The translations under genes were made by a program, and so were the position numbers. Under the pieces are notes generated by a model. That model worked only from the letters and a program-made list of their open reading frames with translations. It searched no databases and was not told the DNA's origin. A DNA stretch of 64,000 nt from Chara braunii (lineage: Eukaryota > Plantae > Charophyceae): positions 5,115,588 to 5,179,587 of the forward strand of contig BFEA01000007.1 in NCBI GenBank assembly GCA_003427395.1, written 5' to 3'. Positions 60,655 to 64,000 of the stretch are shown in pieces (position 1 is the stretch's first letter; each line of letters starts with the position of its first letter).

Positions 60655-60965
60655 TGAGAATGGAAAGGAATGACCCTAACCAGGCTGTTCGACTTGAGAA
60701 TCGAAAGGAATAGCCCTAACCATGCTGTTCGACTTGAGAATGGAAAGGNNNNNNNNNNNNNNNNNNNNNNNNNNNNNNNNNNNNNNNNNNNNNNNNNNNN
60801 NNNNNNNNNNNNNNNNNNNNNNNNNNNNNNNNNATGGTCACCAGGTTGTTTGACTTGAGAATGGAAAGGAATGGCCACCAGGTTGTTCGACTTGAGAATG
60901 GAAAGGAATGACCCTAACCAGGCTGTTCAATTTGAGAATGGAAAAGAATGACCCTAACCAGGTTA
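60655..60965 (+). repeat. 40-bp tandem repeat spanning an N-gap
   Basis: GAATGACCCTAACCAGGCTGTTCGACTTGAGAATGGAAAG units. Confidence 0.9.
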
Positions 60966-62427
60966 TTCGGGAATGACCCCTGACAAGGGTCGTTTCTTCT
61001 GAAATAGGCACTGGGGTCCCCTTGTATGACTGTTTGAGAAAGGCTGATTGAGAATGAGTTGGAATGAGTAATGTGAAATGGAAAAGGTTGGTGGGTCAGT
61101 CGTTGAAATAGCCACGAGGAAGGGTGAAAGAAAAGATGGGAAGGGAAAAAGTCGTCAAGACGGTTATTGAAATAAGTTGGGAACGATAGAGAGAGACGGA
61201 GGAAAATGAAGAGAAAATGACGGGTCGACCTTTGAAATACTCATGAGAAAGGATGAAAAGGATAGGTGTGAAGGGAAGAGGCCGAAGGGACGGTCATTAA
61301 AAACATCCTTGAAACAAGATTGAGAAGAGAGAAATAGAAGGGAAGGATAAAAGAAGGCAGACATTAAATTGAGAAGGACTTCGACCGTTGGGACAGTCAC
61401 AAGGGATGGTTATTGAAAAAGCAAAAATTGAGAGGTAAAAGATGGGCCGATGGGTCGGTCATGAGAGGTGGCCTAATGAAAAGAGGCCGCCAGATCAGCC
61501 ACAAGGATTGGCCTTGTTGAAAAGATGTTGTCGGACCAGCCATGAGAATCACCCTTGAGAAAGAGTTGGGAAGAGCATTGGGTTGAGCGTTTGCCTGAGA
61601 ATTGGAAATTGCATTGCATTAACAGGGGACCCTAGGCAATTTGGAAATAGCAAGAGATTGAGCCTTCCTTCTTCTTCTAGTCTCAGGTCTCAGCATGAGG
61701 GGGATAGTGGTGCATGCACCGCGACCCCGGGACCTCTACCCCGTAGGAAAATGTCCAAGCGCGACCTGCCCCTCGTAAGTAGGGCATCAAGTTAAAGGAT
61801 CAAGGTATCGGACACGGTACTCGACATCCGGAACCAGCTCCGACAATAAGCTCTAGTCGGAAGATTCAAATTGCGCCTCGCGTTGAGTTCCTAAAAAGTC
61901 CAGGGCGCCGAGATGGGCCGAAAAGTTGCTCTTCTAAGTCTTGATTACCCTCTCTAACCACACGCCACGCCGTTGAGAGGCGGCCTGGCCGTTTGGGATG
62001 GACCTAGGCTGCTCGCACTAAGTCAAGCAGCACTGTTCACAGGGAAGGTCGGGGCGAGGTACCGGGTGGAGTCCGCCACCACCACAGGGCATTGACACCG
62101 CCCTGCCGGAGCATTACAACCATTCCAGGGACTAACCGCGAGGTCTTCGTAACTACACTCGCAAACTAATAAGAGAGCCCCAACTCTCTTGAGAAGGAAG
62201 AGGCCGGATCCATAAAACTTACCACTAGGGAGGAACGATTCACGAGGGAGCCACTTATGGTATGATGGGGTCCTGGGAGGCGAGGACCCACCTAATAGAT
62301 GCGAGGAGGTACCTCAATGATGATGCCCATCTCCAAAGAAGTGGCCGCCGGACTAGAGTAGAGGATGAGGTGAGTTATCAGCAGGGGGAGGACTGATCAC
62401 CCTTCCTTTTAGGGGCTGATGGACCGG

Positions 62428-63553
62428 TGTAGGGGCCGTACCCTGAAGGACTTTCGAGCCTAAGTCGACCCCACTGCGGGTCCCATTTGGCTCGACACGC
62501 CCACGCTCACGCTCAGGGCGCGGGCCGTTCGTCCCAGGGGCACCCCCACCCAGTGCTATGAGATGGATGGGGATGGGCCATTTGCGAGAGGGCTTTACAT
62601 TGGGGGATGTAGCTCCGCTCTCGCGATAGATGGTAGCCCTTTGATCACTCGTGGCGTTTTCTCGGTTCATTTAAGTGTGACCAAGCAATTGCTCCTTCCA
62701 ATACGCAGGCAGTCCAGGGAATTCATTGAGAGTTTGTCTTCTTTCGTGTGTAGGCCAAGCGTCATCCCTTGGGCCACACACCTTTTCACTAAGCAGGCCA
62801 ATCCCTACGGCATCATCGGGGTGCGGCCGCGCCGTCCATACCCCTAGACCCTATATTTTTTTTTTGCTTGACGAACATCCTATTCGCATATCCATTGTCG
62901 CCCTTAGTCTTTTCAGGCTTCCACAATTGCACGCAGAGCGTCAAGACACACATCCATCACACAGGCCATGTCGCTTTTTCCAAGCACGCGATCATCAAGT
63001 CCCGCCCGCGTCCGTAGCTTATGCTAGGCCCATGTCCATCCCTCGTCGATTTTCCCACTCTTGCCCGCGTTCCGCGGATCCTATCCCTCTCAAACCATCC
63101 TAAGCTACTCACCTGCGCAAGGCCACACGAAACACAAGCCAAATACAATCCCCATTGGGGTTAACACATCGCCCCTCCCGCAAGCCTAAGTTCTTTCCGC
63201 TTCCCATGGCCCCTCTTGGTTCTCTTCCCCTTCCTTCAAGCAAGCCATGCCTTTTCCTTAGTCATGTAGTCGGTCAAACTGACCTTGTCACAAAACTTCA
63301 CTCTTTTCTGCTTTCCCAGATGCTTACAAAAGTCCGGTGCTTTTTCCTTCTTGGTGGCACAAGGGACCGGCAGCCCTTCCCTTGCCCTCGCTTTCCTCCA
63401 AGTGAGGATCAAGTTCTTTGCCGTTCGTTCCCTGGCAATGTAACGGGTGAGGGGAGAGGTTAGTCACATGCCATGGAGGGGAAGGGGTAATGGGAGAGTT
63501 CAGGGTTAAAGGGGCTTGAAAAAAAGGGAGAGTGGAGAGAGAGAGGGGGGGGG

Positions 63554-63619
<66 letters not shown>

Positions 63620-64000
63620 AAAAACGAGGAGTTTCACATCCTAATCGACCTTGCTCCTTGACTTACCCTAACCGATGCTACCTAAGGTCCCGCGTGCCCC
63701 TCGGGGTCCCTAGGACCTTTGTGTGGACGAGGGAAACGATAGAGGAGGGAGAAGGTGTGAGGTGGTCGGCTATGGTGGATGGGTGTAGGTGACGAAGGAG
63801 GGAGAAGGTGTGAGGTGGTCGACTATGGTGGATGGGTGTAGGTGACGGAGGAGGAAGAAGGTAAGTGAAGGTTGGCTATGGTGGATGGGTGAGGGTGATG
63901 GTGGAAGAAGGTAGATGAAGGTTGGCTATGGTGGATGGGTGCGGGTGATGGAGGTGGAAGAAGGTAGGTGAAGGTTGGCTATGGTGGATGGGTGCGGGTG
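62428..64000 (-). mobile_element. Family 2 LTR (3' part), inverted, running off the window; includes the 53-bp repeat at 63745-64000
   Basis: Reverse complement matches 36930-39107 block by block. Terminal TGTAGGGG at 62428, no PBS beyond it. Confidence 0.85.

Noticed and set aside
36930-64000. Giant DNA transposon with long terminal inverted repeats (36.9-39.1 kb versus 62.4-64 kb)
   Set aside because: The copies are clearly diverged, end at a TG/CA terminus, and one is followed by a PBS. They are two LTRs in opposite orientation.

Overview
Repeat-saturated eukaryotic nuclear DNA with several N-gaps and no recognisable host gene. A charophyte alga such as Chara is the best guess (inference from the organellar insert and the Gypsy-only TE content). 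The window is a stack of nested, mostly decayed Ty3/Gypsy LTR retrotransposons: (1) a gag relic with an inserted ~1 kb solo LTR; (2) a chromovirus relic (gag, internal deletion, RT-RH-INT-chromodomain) whose YLDD codons are split by a hAT-type element with an 8-bp TSD; (3) two families with very large LTRs, each present twice in opposite orientation (family 1: 6269-16885 minus and 44263-51016 plus; family 2: ending at 39107 plus and at 62428 minus). Family-1 LTRs carry arrays of covarying hairpins with a near-invariant AACTTA loop, and one copy also carries diverged 28S rRNA fragments. The family-2 LTR is followed by a tRNA-Ala-type PBS and four tandem, deeply diverged paralogous ORFs of unknown function, which is the best candidate for an undescribed system. 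The family-1 element at 44263 has gag-PR-RT-RH-INT, with a mosaic mitochondrial insert (trnA, trnT, atp9, rps11, nad5 pieces) next to its protease motif. A Nextera mate-pair junction adapter at 9812-9849 is an assembly artefact. All alignments were done by eye.
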